The notes: generated by a model not told the origin, from the sequence alone. Numbered from the stretch's first letter, positions 21,854 to 33,783 are shown. The stretch is DNA of 64,000 nucleotides from Diplonema japonicum (GCA_964019335.1 OZ025650.1:62001-126000), one strand, 5' to 3'. Made by a program: numbers and translations.

Positions 21854-22168
21854 CTTTTCTTTTTTTTTCTTTTAAATTGCTGGTTTCTTTTATTGCTATT
21901 TTATTTTTTATTTAATCGGGGGGGAAAGAAGAAAAGAAAAAAAAAGAGACATTGCAAGACAAAGCAGGGGGGAGGGGAGGGGGGAGGGAAGGGTAGAATG
22001 GTGGGTAAATACAATCATTTTCTTTTGTAGATTCAAACTCTGTCCCCCCCCCCCCCTTTTGTATTCTTCATTTTTAGTTTTTCATAACAAAAAAAAATCA
22101 ATCCCCTTTTATAAACTTATTGAAGGGGAAAATATGGGGGGGGGGGAGTTTATTTTTTTCTTCTTTTT

Positions 22169-22399
22169 TTAGTACATAGGCCTTGCTCTCTGTGGGCTAA
22201 CTTTCTCAATAAAAGTGTGTGTTTCATTCCTCACCTGCGACCTATGGTCATCAATCGAGAGCCTCATCTTTGCATCTTCTTTCTCTCTCTCTTCCCTAAG
22301 CAGCGACCCACCCCGGCTGTTGCTGTTTTCGTAGTCACTCGTTGCGGTGTTGTAATGCGCTTGGTAAGGTGGACTTTCGCTACCGTAACGCGACGACAT
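22169..22399 (-). CDS. Small hypothetical protein (76 aa)
   Basis: Coding-like island between homopolymer tracts; ATG preceded by (A)nGAG as in neighbouring genes. Confidence 0.45.
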   Translation of the reverse strand: MSSRYGSESPPYQAHYNTATSDYENSNSRGGSLLREEREKEDAKMRLSIDDHRSQVRNETHTFIEKVSPQRARPMY

Positions 22400-22949
22400 C
22401 TCTTTTTTTTTTTTTTTTCTCCTTGAAAAAAAACTTCATTTAATTAAAATGGACACGGGGGGGAAATAAAGACCTGAGACTAAAGAAAAATAGAATCGTG
22501 TGGAAAGCAAAAAAAAAAAAAAAAACAAAAAAAAAAAAGTTGTGGTAGCCATTGTGAAAACTCATCATGTGTAGTCGCGAATTGGAGCAGGGAGCAGGGG
22601 GGCAGGGAGGTCAATCGATGAAGCTAAAAAAAGAAAAGACAAAAAAAAACCGGTCGACAAAAAAAAAAGTACCTTCACATACACTCTTCTTTCTAATATC
22701 GTACTTTTCTTTTTCCTTCTAAAGAAAAAAAACTATTTTTATTTCACCTTGCCCTATTTTTACCAACTCCCACCCGTTCTTTTTTTTTTCCCTTTGGAAC
22801 TTTTTTTATTTCTTACACCCAACAATTTAAAAAAAAAAAAAATGCGCAACTTTTTTTTTTTTTTTTTTTTTTTCACCTTTCGTCTTTCTTCCTCCTTCAA
22901 ACACTTTTTTTCTTTTCTTTTTTTTTTTTTTTTTTTTCCAAAAATAATT

Positions 22950-24010
22950 TTATCGGTGCTGGGGGTACATTTGCATCATGGGAGGGGGGCCTTGAGGAGC
23001 ACCATAGTCCTGGTGGGCCTCGTGAGCGCCACCAACTTGCTGGCTACCGACAGTGGCCGTGGCCTGCTGTTCAGTGCCTAGGTGCTGCTGGTTTTGTTGC
23101 CGTGCTTCCTGCATAGTGGTTTTATCATCTAACTGATCGTAAACCAGCACAAAGTCATCACGCTTTTCCTTACTCCACTTCTCAGGGTTGAACACCAGGT
23201 AGTTACCTCGTTCGTACGTTGAAGTCTTGACCGCAGGCTGAGAATCTGGTGCTCTTGTGAACCATCTCTTGTGCTCCTTGTGAAACCTCCATCTAAAATG
23301 GGGGAAAAAAAAATTCATTCGATTCTTTTATTTTTTTTTTTCCCCATTATCACATACTCCCTATTGTACAGCTCCTGCGCCGCAGCCAACTGCAACACGT
23401 CCCTCGGCATGGAGTAGAAGATGTAAAACAGAGTTTCAAGGTGGAACCTTTGGAACATCTGGAAGCGAAGGTGGGGTGGTTGCAGGGAGTAACACGCAGG
23501 GAGCTGTTTGGTGGAAAAGAAATGTTTGAAAATAAATGGGGGGAAATACCCTATATTCAGGCTGAACCAAAGCGGTGCTATCCGACCACGGGCAGCAAAG
23601 AGTGGAGTAGAGGTAGTCAGGAGAGTTGAGTGACAGACCTTTTTTTTTATTCATTTTTTTTTCTTTTCCTGCTTTTTTTTTCATACCAAGAGTAGTGAGG
23701 TCGTAACCCAAAGCCAATGTATTGAGGTCTGGATCGGTCATCCGAATTATTTGCAAAATTCCCCCAAGGCCGTACTTACCTTTTTTTTTTTTTTTTTTTT
23801 TTTTTTTCTCGTACCAATATCGGCGTTCCCTCCTTGACTGCCTTGCGCCTGTGTGCTTGAGGGCTGTTGTTGAGGCATTGCGGGGGTGGTGGGTGTGCTT
23901 GGTTTTGATGCCCCCCGCAAGGGGGGGAACTCTTCTGCATTTGCCAACAGGTTGGCGGGCCGCTTTGTGTTACCAGAGCCGCTCTCTGCTGTCTTGAGGT
24001 AAGACAACAT
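22950..24010 (-). CDS. NOT2: CCR4-NOT subunit NOT2 (NOT-box), 4 introns (23780-23814, 23639-23686, 23504-23549, 23293-23357)
   Basis: Spliced product has KYGLGGILQIIRMTDPDLNTLALGYDLTTLGLSLNS, LETLFYIFYSMPRDVLQLAAAQELYNREWRFHKEHKRW and YERGNYLVFNPEKW. Confidence 0.9.
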
Positions 24011-24491
24011 GTTTTCCGTTTTTGCTGCTGACGTTGTTATTTTATTAATTTCCTTCACCCGTCGAGGTTTCGCCCTTATTTCCCTTTGTGGTTTGTGTGT
24101 GTGTGTTTCCCTCCCTCGTCCAATAACAAGGAAAAATACCAGTGGGGGGAAACACTTGGGAGTATAAAAAAAAGAATGGGGAAATAAATGAATGGGGAAA
24201 ACACTGAAATAAAATCGAAAAAAAGAAGAAGAAAAAAGTCAAAAAAAAATATACATCTTTGAAAAGAAACCGCCCATCGGTGGTGTTAGCCAATGTCGGT
24301 CGCCCTCTCAAAACTCCCTTTTGAAAATTCAAAAAACTCTTCAAGTAAAAAAAAACAAAAAAAAAAAAAATAACTCGCTCGCGGATGGTGAAGGAAGGGG
24401 GCGGGGAGGGTGCACTACCCGAGATAAATAATGAAGGAAAAAAAAAAGAAACGAATCAGAAAAAGAAAAAAAAAAAAAAGACCCCTATCTT

Positions 24492-24572
24492 CTACGCCAG
24501 GGCCTTGACAACTGAGTCGGAGGCGGTCTTCGACAGCTTGACACCTTCCTTGTTCATCGCCTCAAGGACCTT

Positions 24573-24616
<44 letters not shown>

Positions 24617-25295
24617 AAAAATCTGTCAAACCTTAACGGCCCCGCTCTTGTCGCCTTTAAGGAGAAGCTTGTCGAGAAGCTGGAAGTAAGCAGACTGCTT
24701 TGTGGGAACGTTCATCCCCCTCCATCTAAGAGTGCTGGTGTTGGCAGTCTGCGTGGAGGAAAGAAATGTTTAAAAAAAAAAAAACCCCTATTGTTACCTT
24801 AGGTTTTGTCCCGTAAAGCGCAGCAGCGGCAGTCTTGTAGTCTCCGTAGATGTTGTGAATGTGGAACCTGTGCTTGTTGTGGTTCCTGGTGTAGGGCCTG
24901 ATGAACTCGTATTGGCGGAAGTAGTTTTTGATGTCAACGACAAGGTCCTTCAGGACGGGGAAGTTGGGGAGGGGGAAGACGGTGGTTGCCTGACTGGCGT
25001 AGGTGATGCACGCAAGGGAGTTGACCCCGTTGATGTTCATGGCGCAAGACCCGCAGACACCCTCACAGCACGACGCACGGAAGGCCAGGGAAGGGTCCTG
25101 GTGGGCCTTCACAGCCACAAGCAAGTCCAGCACCATGTACTCGTTGTTCTTGGCGTATTTGAAGGAGTCGATCCTCTGCGTGTTGGTAGCAGGGTCGAAC
25201 CTCGCCACCTGCAGCACACCCTCCACACCCTTCTTCCCGTCGTCCATCACAGGCCTCGTGGCCGACAACAGCCGTCTCTGCACCGTGCGCAGCAT
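24492..25295 (-). CDS. SDH2N: Succinate dehydrogenase Fe-S subunit, N-terminal half only (SDH2N), 2 introns (24749-24797, 24570-24631)
   Basis: Presequence MLRTVQRRLL; 2Fe-2S motif FRASCCEGVCGSCAMNINGVNSLAC, PLPNFPVLKDLVVD; no 4Fe-4S/3Fe-4S cysteine clusters before the stop. Confidence 0.9.
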
Positions 25296-25410
25296 TTTCT
25301 CTTTTTTTTTTCTTTTTTTTTTTTACTTAATCTCTCGCTCCTGTATTATTCTCATTTTTTGAATTAAAAAAAAAAAATGAGAAAAACTAAAAATAACAAC
25401 AACAAAAAAT

Positions 25411-25899
25411 CTACACATTCGTATTGAAAAACGTCCGCTTCTCGTGCTCCAGCTCGCTGAGATCCCTCGTGAGCTCTTCGACCTTTTTCTTGAGCTCGTC
25501 TCGGATGGCAGCCATATTTATCTTGGGGGGGTGAGGAACCGGCACCGGAGAAGCTCTTACTGGCGACATGGTGCGAGCCAAGCCCCCTCTAGGAGAGACA
25601 GGTGGAGGGGAGTATTGACTGGCCAGCATAGCCGCGCCGGTGTAGGGTTCGGGAAAGGTTGGAGAATGCAGGGTTTGGGGCTGCACCTCCCAAAACCTTT
25701 TCCTTGTTTCTTGTTGAGGATGTATAGAGGGTGGCAACGCCTTTAAGTTGGCGATTTCACCCCTCAACTTGTCGATTTCCCTGTCCTTCAGTATTAATAG
25801 ATGTTCGCGTTCCTCGAGCGCTTCATGGAGCAGTTTGATCTCTTCTAGATACCTATTCATGCAATCCGCAGCGGGCCCTGTTACTGGTGGTGACAGCAT
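25411..25899 (-). CDS. Small coiled-coil hypothetical protein
   Basis: 162-aa ORF, two heptad segments flanking a Pro/Ser linker. Confidence 0.55.
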   Translation of the reverse strand: MLSPPVTGPAADCMNRYLEEIKLLHEALEEREHLLILKDREIDKLRGEIANLKALPPSIHPQQETRKRFWEVQPQTLHSPTFPEPYTGAAMLASQYSPPPVSPRGGLARTMSPVRASPVPVPHPPKINMAAIRDELKKKVEELTRDLSELEHEKRTFFNTNV

Positions 25900-26511
25900 T
25901 CAGGCTTTCCTTTCATCTAGCTGCCTCCCCTTCCTTTTTAGGGGTTTGTTTTTTTGATGGGAATTCACAAAGGGAGTATAATGAGCACAGAAAACCTTTA
26001 TCTGAGGACGGGGGTTTGGGGGGGATATTCTTTTTCATTTTTTTTTTCTTTTTGATGTATTTTTGCATTTTCTTTTTCAGGCATTTCTCGCTACCCCCTA
26101 TCGAATGCCGTTTATTTCTTCTGTCTCTTTTTTTTTTTTTTTTTCTCCTTCCCGCTGAGGTACAAATACAAAAAAAAATGCGATTTCGGGATTCAGTGAG
26201 GGAAGTAAAGATGGGTTTAAACCAATTCTTCTTCTTTCTTTTTCTTTTTTTTTTTTCCATCTTGTTATCATTTCCCCTCTTGAGCAACGGCCTACCAAAA
26301 AAAAAAAGAAAAAAAAAAAAAAACAAGCATTAAGAGAGGAGAAGTAATTTTACTTTTTTTTTCTTTTTTTCTTCCTCTTTTTTTTTCTTTTCCCCCAGCT
26401 CTTTGGTGGCTTTTCCACCACGTGTCACAATATCACGGGAGAGAATGGGGGGAAAATACTACAACATATGGCATGAGGGGGTTTGTTCTAAAAAAAAGTC
26501 AAAAAAAAAAT

Positions 26512-26814
26512 CTATTCTTTTTTGGGTTTTTCCCCCTCATCTTCATCTTCGGAGTCCGATCGAATATCCTATTTTTTTATTATTATATTTGAGAAAAAAA
26601 AAAAACTCAAAAAAAAAAAAAAAAAACTCAATTATACCTCGATGCCCCCTTTCAGGATCATGTTGTACACCGCCTTCACGATTAAGGACATCCAGTATAT
26701 TTGAAGGCCCTGGATGATCCAGAGCAACAAGATGCAAGTATGGTAGGGGACTGACGGTACAATTAAGGCTCTGGCCTCGAAAGTCGCACTGTAAACGACG
26801 TAGGGGAGGAACTG

Positions 26815-26846
<32 letters not shown>

Positions 26847-27616
26847 TATACCACGATTCTTGTCACCAGAAACACGACTGCGAAGGATTCGAAAATTCTG
26901 TCTGCGAAAAACTGGTTCACAGTGCGTTTTTTTGAGCCCGCCGTGCCTGACTCAGACACGTACTTGAACATCTTAGCAGTGTGCAGAGGCACGTCGGCCG
27001 GGTCGAGCAACAGCATTACAATCACCCCAACCTTCATCCAATCGTCAATATAGCTTATTCCCACGAGCACCGCCGTCACCCAGTGGTGGATCTGCATCTC
27101 GAGAAAATCCTTTCTCTTGTGCTCCATGAGCACCGAGATGCCGCCCTGAACGTACCTAGCGCAGTAGCCAATGTAGAAGCAGATGATGTCGTTTGTCATG
27201 TATGATGGCCCGGATTGCTGTTTGTAAGCCCACCACTGGGACGACGGCCAGGCGAACTCCTGTTTAGGGATCAACCTGTACCCCATCACCATGAAGACTC
27301 CGTAAAACAAAGCCTCCATTGCAGCTTGTGAGAACTTCTCGACGTGGCTCTTCTTTGCGGGTTTGCCTTGCCTTCGGAGTAGGAGCTTCCCCAGAGGCAT
27401 CACCAGGGCAAAGCGGACGCCCCAATTTATGATGAACATCGCCATCGCGTATATTAAGAAGATCCTCACGTCGCCCCAGCCCCTCTCCGGTACGCTGCTC
27501 CCTACCTCGACACCGTCGGCCGCCATTGTGTGGTAAAACTCACGCAGCAAAAAAACTGCTTTTTCAGTGGATTCTTCCCATCCTTTCGGGCACAGCAGTG
27601 GGTGGGGTGTCGCCAT
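26512..27616 (-). CDS. TLC-domain protein of the LAG1/ceramide synthase family, 2 introns (26812-26851, 26569-26637)
   Basis: RKDFLEMQIHHWVT, LLDPADVPLHTAK, QIYW; spliced end EDIRSDSEDEDEGEKPKKE* (di-lysine-type tail). Confidence 0.9.
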
Positions 27617-28551
27617 TTTTTTTTTCTTTTTTTTTTTTTTTTTTGGTCCCTTCTTTTTTTTTTTTTTTTTTTTTTGAGAAGCAAAAAGAAAAAAAGAAAA
27701 AAAAAAAAAGAAACAACTCGTGGCGGAGTATAAACGGGGGGGGAAAAAATAACGGGGGACATCACAAAAAAAAAAAAAAAAAAAAAACACGATTCCTTTG
27801 AGTGGGGGAGCTCATACAAGACAGAAGAAAAAGAAAGAAAAAAAAAGAAGAAAAAGGGTGGAGTGGGTGAGGGATGGTGGGGGAGAACAAAAAAAAAAAA
27901 AAAAAAACAAAAAAAAGGGGTTTTTCTTTTGAGAAAAAAAAGGAATCGAATAATAAGAAAAAGTATCCACACTCCCCCTTTCTTTTTATTTATTTATTTC
28001 TTCCTTTCATCTTCTTTCGATAGTATTCACCCAGCATAAAAAAAATATATACTTAAAAAGGGGGGGAAGAGAGACGAAGAAAAAGAACCAGCTTTTTAAA
28101 GAAGGTTTCTCTTTATCCCTTTAAAAGCACCCACTATATAACCACCTGCCCCCCCCCCCCCCCCCCACACCATTTCTTTTTTCCAAAACAAAAAAGAACA
28201 ACAGGGGTGATGGACAAAGGGAGCAACGATCACTTTTTTGTTGGGGGGGGAAAAAAAAAGAAAAAAACGGGGAACAATGGTGTGAAAAAAAATCCTTTTT
28301 TTTTTTTGGAAGAAAGCGGAGTACATAGAGAGTAAACTAAAAAGTCAAAAAAGTCAAAAAAAAAAAAGAAGAAAAAAAAGGCCCCCTTTCTTATCCTTGC
28401 CTTCTTCCCCTCCCAAACCAATGTTTGCCGGACCGGGTTTTTTTCAGAAATAAATCGCATTTATATAAGAGATAAAAGAAAAAAAAAAAGAAAAAACGGT
28501 ACAAAAAGAAGAAGAAAAAAAAAAACAAAAGGAAAAGAAAAAAAAAAGAAC

Positions 28552-31500
28552 CTATTTAGGCGAACGGGTTCTTGCCTGTCGGAAAAAAATTCTTTTTTTT
28601 AGAAAAAAATCCTTAAAACATACCGGAGGAGAGCGAACCCGCCTGTTGGACAGGACATGGGCCGTGGAGGAGTAGCCCTTGTCGGAGGGACGCTTAGCGG
28701 CGGAGGTAGGCACTCTTGGGACGGAGTGCTGGGCGCTTGTGGTACGAAGTTGGGATGTAGAGGCTGCTGCCTTGGCTTCCTTTTGCTGCCTCATGCGCTG
28801 CTGCACCTGCTGCGACTTCAGGGTAGGCTTCGGGAGGAGTCTGGAAGGGGAATGGGGCTGCTTGGGCGGCGGAGGGGGCTCATGCATCGCCGGCACTGCG
28901 CCAGTAGGGAAGAACCTGTTCGACACAAACTGCTTGAGGTCCTCGTGGTTGCGCGTGATTCTCTTGATCTCCTGCGACATGTCTTCAATCTGCGACTGCA
29001 CGTCAGCCTTCTGCCTGTCCGTCGCGCTGAGCTGCTCCTTCGCCTCAGTCACCTTCGCAAGCAGCGCCCTGTTGACTGCGAGAAGCTCCTTGTGCTCCGC
29101 CTCCACATCCGCCAGATCCTTGCTCGTGATGCCGTTCCTACGATTTTCATTTCACAGTGCAAAAAAAGAAAAAAAAAATCATACTGTTCGGCAAGCCTCT
29201 GGTGCTCCTCCCTCAGTGCCGCAAGCTGCGCCTTCGCTCTGACAACATCAGCCTGTGCTTGGCTGATGTGGTGGTCCGCCTCCTCGTTTTCCCTCACGAT
29301 CGTGTGGTACTCCCTGTCGAGCTCCTCGAGCTTCGTGTTGTTTTCCGTGTTCTCGCGTTCCCTGTGACAGGTTGTGGCATTTTGTTCATCGCATACTTTT
29401 CTTCCTTGATTTTGGCGAGGGTCTCTTCTGTCTTCTTGATGTCCTCCTGGTAGTGTTCCTTGTCCTGCTCAGCCTTCTTCTTGGCAGCGGCCAGCCTATG
29501 GATCTTCTCAGTGAGCAGGGCCATGCTGTCGTCGTACGACCTGTTCAGGTCGGCCAGCCTCTGCTGCGCTTGCTCAAATGTGGTGGTCAAGTATCTGTTC
29601 TCATCCTGCACCTTAGCGAGTTCGACCTTCTTCATCTCCTGCGAGAGGGTTCATGGGAGGTGCTTGGCATACCAGCTGGCCTTCAATCTTGGCGAACTTC
29701 TCCTTTGCAGTGGTCTGCTGGTCCGCAAGGGTGTCCATGAACCTGAGGGGGGTGCTTGGGTAAACTATCATACTTCCTGTCCTTGTGGATCTGCAGGGAG
29801 TTCCTGAACGCAAGCGCGAGCTGTCGTTGCTTGGTGTGCTGCATCTCAAGCCTTGTCATCTCTTCTTTTTGCCTAGTGTGATATTGTCATCAGGTGAGGG
29901 GCATACCTTAGCACCTTCTCCTCCTCCTTCAGCTGCTCTTTCTCTTTCCTCGTCTCCTCGATCTCAACCTCAGTGCTTTTCAGCTTTTCCGTCAAGTGCT
30001 CTGCTTGGGCCCCCACGACGGTGGCTTCCTTTTCAAGCTCAGCACGTTTAGACTGTGTGTGATGTGAAGTGCTCCCTTGCTTTGCATACCCTCAGCTCGC
30101 TAGTCTCCTGCTTGATTTTACGGAGGCCCTGTGCGGTCTCATCTCTCGTTCGGATCTGTAATATTTTGGTTGGACCTTCAGCATACCTCCTCTTGCAGGG
30201 CGTCGTGCTTCTCCCTGAGCTCCTTTCCTTGCTCCTGCAGGGTATCGAACTCAGCCTTTGCTTTCTGGTAGTCGGCTTCTGCCTTCTCAAGCTGGCCCTT
30301 CAACTCGTTCCTTACTTCTTCGTCGGCGGCTTCCGCCTTCGACTCAAGCTGCTGCTTCAGCTTCTCCATCTCTGCCCTCATCGCGGCCACAACAACTGCA
30401 CCACGTTCGTCGTTACGCTTGGCCTTGCAGACAATCTCCTTAGCCTTGTTAGCGTACCTCAGGGTGTTCATCGTGTCCTCGTAGTTCCCGTAGTAAGGGG
30501 ACACCGCGGCAAGCATGATGGTCTTGGAGTTACCACCGAGAGACTCCGCCAACAGCCATGTGAGCATGGACTCACGGTACGGGGCAACAAGCTTAGGGGC
30601 ACCCTTCTTAGCTTTGGCGTTCTCAATCAGAATATCAATCACACGACGGAGCGTGGACAGGGACTGGTTGATCTTGGTAGCCTCGTCGAGACGCTGTGTG
30701 TGTTGGAATAAAGCACAGTGCCACATACCTGACCCTCGGCACCACTCATCTTCACCCTCTCGGAACCCGCCAAATCGACCAAGTTGATGTTGGAAAGGGT
30801 GTTCGTACCTTGCACGGGGTTCTTCTGCTTGAAGGTGATTTGGAAGATGGCGTGCGACCTGCTCGACACGTCGTTCATCTTCGTGGGAGCAGTGTGCCTG
30901 GCGCTCATACCGCTGGCCATGAGCTTCAGGCACTGTGCAGGGCTGGTGATGGTCTCTCGGGTCAAACCCTCAACGTAGGTACCTTTGTCGGGGGTGTGAC
31001 GGACCTTCAAGTCCGCGTAATCCTTCTCAGCATCCTCTTTCTTCTTCTTCTTAACAGCATCCTTCAAAAGATCCTTACACTTCTCTTTGTAGATCTCCAT
31101 GAAGCACAGCTCGAGGGAGAAGATGGTGTTGTCACCCTTCTCCTTGAAGAATGCTATTCTCTCGAAGATACCCTCCACAAGACGGGGGCAGATACCACGG
31201 GTGTCACGTGCTTTCTTGTCGATACCACCAGTGGCGTCGAGCCCACCGAGCATACTGTAGGTCTTACCGGACCCAGTCTGACCGTAGGCGAAGATGCAGG
31301 AGTGGAAACCATCGAAGGCGTGCTGCACTGCCATGGCACCAGTCTTCTCGTATACCTCCTGCTGCCCGACGCAGTGCACACCCATGTCCTGTATGGCCTT
31401 CCTCACAAACTCATCCTTCATGTCAATGGCCCACTGTTCCTCTGGGATCGACCAGAACGCCTCGTCGAAGTCGAAAGCCTCGCACTCAGAGTACCCCTTC

Positions 31501-31679
31501 TGGTAGTCAAGCAGAGACACCCTTCTCCCCTTCATCATCACGATACTCTGAGGCAGCCCGTTTGGGTCCTCTTGCCTCAATCTATCCAGCTCCCTCTTGT
31601 TGAAGGGCCTCACTCGCACCATGGCCTCAACCCTCACCTCATGGACCTTGCCTTTCTTAGGGCTGCTGTTCTCAGACAT
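28552..31679 (-). CDS. Kinesin (kinesin-3-like motor plus coiled-coil stalk), 9 introns (30694-30728, 30156-30186, 30053-30089, 29873-29906, 29743-29773, 29639-29672, 29362-29396, 29138-29184, 28576-28623)
   Basis: FAYGQTGSGKTYSM, SSRSHAIF, LVDLAGSER, PYRESMLTWLL, SLGGNSKT; all nine introns begin GTATG and their removal gives one frame. Confidence 0.92.
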
Positions 31680-31880
31680 CTTGCTGTCCTGTGACCACTG
31701 TGATGTGTGATGAGGGCTGATACAAAATCAAAATAAAAAAATAGGCGTTTCGGCATGCATGACACAGGATTTGATCTGCACGGAGAATCACTCTCGGGAA
31801 AGCATGGGCATGTAGAAAGGAAAAACAAATTTAAAAAAGTATGCGAGATGATGTGTCACTTGACAAGGGGGAGGATCCCT

Positions 31881-32543
31881 TTAAACTTCGCTACGCATGT
31901 AGACGATGAACTTTCGAAACGTTTTCGCGAATGAAAAGCCAGGTTTGGGATCTGGTTGTTTTGCCTCAAACAAGTGTTGAGGGATGCCCGTGATAGTGAG
32001 GCACGGCACACCAAAGGGGCCAGCTGCAGAGGCACGTATGTTGTACCCATGCAAATCACGAGACTCAAGTTCGGCAAGCAGCCACTCGGAGACCAGATGC
32101 AGATCAACATCTTTGAATGGTAAAGGGATGTGTTGGACACGATTTGTCTTCTCCAGTTGATCTACTGTAAATCTGATACGTTTCAACTGCTTTTGTTTCC
32201 ATTTCTCGCTTAGCACCCCTTCGTCCCACCAGTTCTCCCCTGAGAATCTACTGTGATTCCACCCACCACCTCCCTCTTCCATACTTGCCCCTAGTTCACC
32301 TTCCTTCCACACTCCAATCTCTTCTAAATAAGCGTATGCCACTGTAACCTCCTTGAATTGCTCCTCCTTCTTTTCCCGCTCTGTTGGGTCTAGGTTGAGA
32401 GTCGCATCGGGGTGCAGGACGACTACCATGCGTTTGTACTCTTTTTTGACGTCGGTAAAGGAGTGGGCAAGGGTTAAGTTGAATATCTTCAGAGCCTTAT
32501 CGGGTGTAAGGGTGTTGAGGAGGAACCGGCCCCGCCGCAGCAT
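31881..32543 (-). CDS. DnaJ (J-domain) protein, probably mitochondrial
   Basis: MLRRGRFLL presequence; VKKEYKRMVVVLHPD...FKEVTVAY. Confidence 0.85.
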   Translation of the reverse strand: MLRRGRFLLNTLTPDKALKIFNLTLAHSFTDVKKEYKRMVVVLHPDATLNLDPTEREKKEEQFKEVTVAYAYLEEIGVWKEGELGASMEEGGGGWNHSRFSGENWWDEGVLSEKWKQKQLKRIRFTVDQLEKTNRVQHIPLPFKDVDLHLVSEWLLAELESRDLHGYNIRASAAGPFGVPCLTITGIPQHLFEAKQPDPKPGFSFAKTFRKFIVYMRSEV

Positions 32544-32621
32544 CTTTCTTCTGTGTGACTACAAGCGGATCAGAAGACAACAATAAAAAGACAAAAAAAA
32601 AAAGAGAACTATTGCAATGTC

Positions 32622-33587
32622 TCACGTTGTAACTGCAGAGTATGTGAAAGCAACGTCGGCGTCCTGCGGGTGCGGCACATTGACAGACCTCCCTGGGTGA
32701 AGGGTCATGGTTGCCATGCACCCCTCCAGGTCCACCGTCCATGCAGGAGTATTCGCGAAGCCTTCCAGAAAGTGTCTGGACGTACTTGATCCAGAGATTT
32801 TAAGTTGAAGCGGTGGCCAGTCCACCCACGACGCAAGGGTGATAATGGGGTGGCTCCATGATGGGACCTTAGCACGAAGAGTTCCCTCATCATCTTCTTC
32901 CAAAATGCCCAGAGGGCTCACTCTTATGCCACACCCAGGCAGGCTATGGTACATCACCTCGAAGTTTTTTTCGCCCCCTTCTCCCTCCATCCTGTCGTAT
33001 AGGGACGCAGGGATGGCAGATGCTTGGTTTTTCATGGTTTTCAATTTTTTTGCGACTTGTTTTATGAGCTCTCCTCCTGTTTCCCGTTGGGTTTCGTCTA
33101 GTTCTACTGAAGTGTGCAGGATTGGCTCATACACCATTTTGCCTTTTAAGCAGCTTACCATGAATACCTTCCTGACCCCGCCGCGTTTCCTTGCTTTTCT
33201 CGGTATGAAGACAGTAAGGTCTCTGTTGGGGTTGAGCACTGCGATGGCGTAATAGCTGAGATCGGAAATAATCTGTAAGAAAGCTTGCTCCACCCACCCG
33301 CCTTCGAGAACGTCAGTAGCGTACGCATGCAGCTGCCCTTCGCACACTGCAGGGTACCCCCTTGGGTTTTCTAACAATCTTGCGAGCGCTTTTCCCATTA
33401 CCTCCTTCTCCCTCGCCGCCGTCCCGTACATAGCACATGACACCGCTCTGAAGGGCTGCCTGCTCCCCATCACCCTGTCCGACCCCTTCGTCTCTATCCT
33501 CTTCAAGAGCTCTTCTTCCTTCTCATCTTTGGGGGCTTCTTGCAGTCGATCCCGCCAAGCTTTCAATTGGGTTTCGACGGCCTTCAT
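32622..33587 (-). CDS. Hypothetical protein
   Basis: 321-aa uninterrupted ORF with globular composition; no motif recognised. Confidence 0.6.
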   Translation of the reverse strand: MKAVETQLKAWRDRLQEAPKDEKEEELLKRIETKGSDRVMGSRQPFRAVSCAMYGTAAREKEVMGKALARLLENPRGYPAVCEGQLHAYATDVLEGGWVEQAFLQIISDLSYYAIAVLNPNRDLTVFIPRKARKRGGVRKVFMVSCLKGKMVYEPILHTSVELDETQRETGGELIKQVAKKLKTMKNQASAIPASLYDRMEGEGGEKNFEVMYHSLPGCGIRVSPLGILEEDDEGTLRAKVPSWSHPIITLASWVDWPPLQLKISGSSTSRHFLEGFANTPAWTVDLEGCMATMTLHPGRSVNVPHPQDADVAFTYSAVTT

Positions 33588-33783
33588 TTATTTCCCCCCC
33601 CTCCCCCGTACCCCTCCTTATAAGATTGTGTGTAGCAAGCACCCCTTCAGGAGGCGGAACCATTTTCATTGGGGAAAAAAAGAAATGAGAGAATTGAAGA
33701 GTGTATTTTTTTCTCTTTTTTTTCGGTTCTTTATTTCGTTTCGTGACAAGGGTGCCAGAAAAAGACTCACTGTGATGGGGGTA

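Noticed and set aside
28552-31679. Programmed frameshifting, stop readthrough or pseudogenisation to explain fragmented ORFs
   Set aside because: Every break here, and in NOT2, ETF-QO, LAG1 and the K+ channel, is resolved by a short GT-AG intron under the standard code
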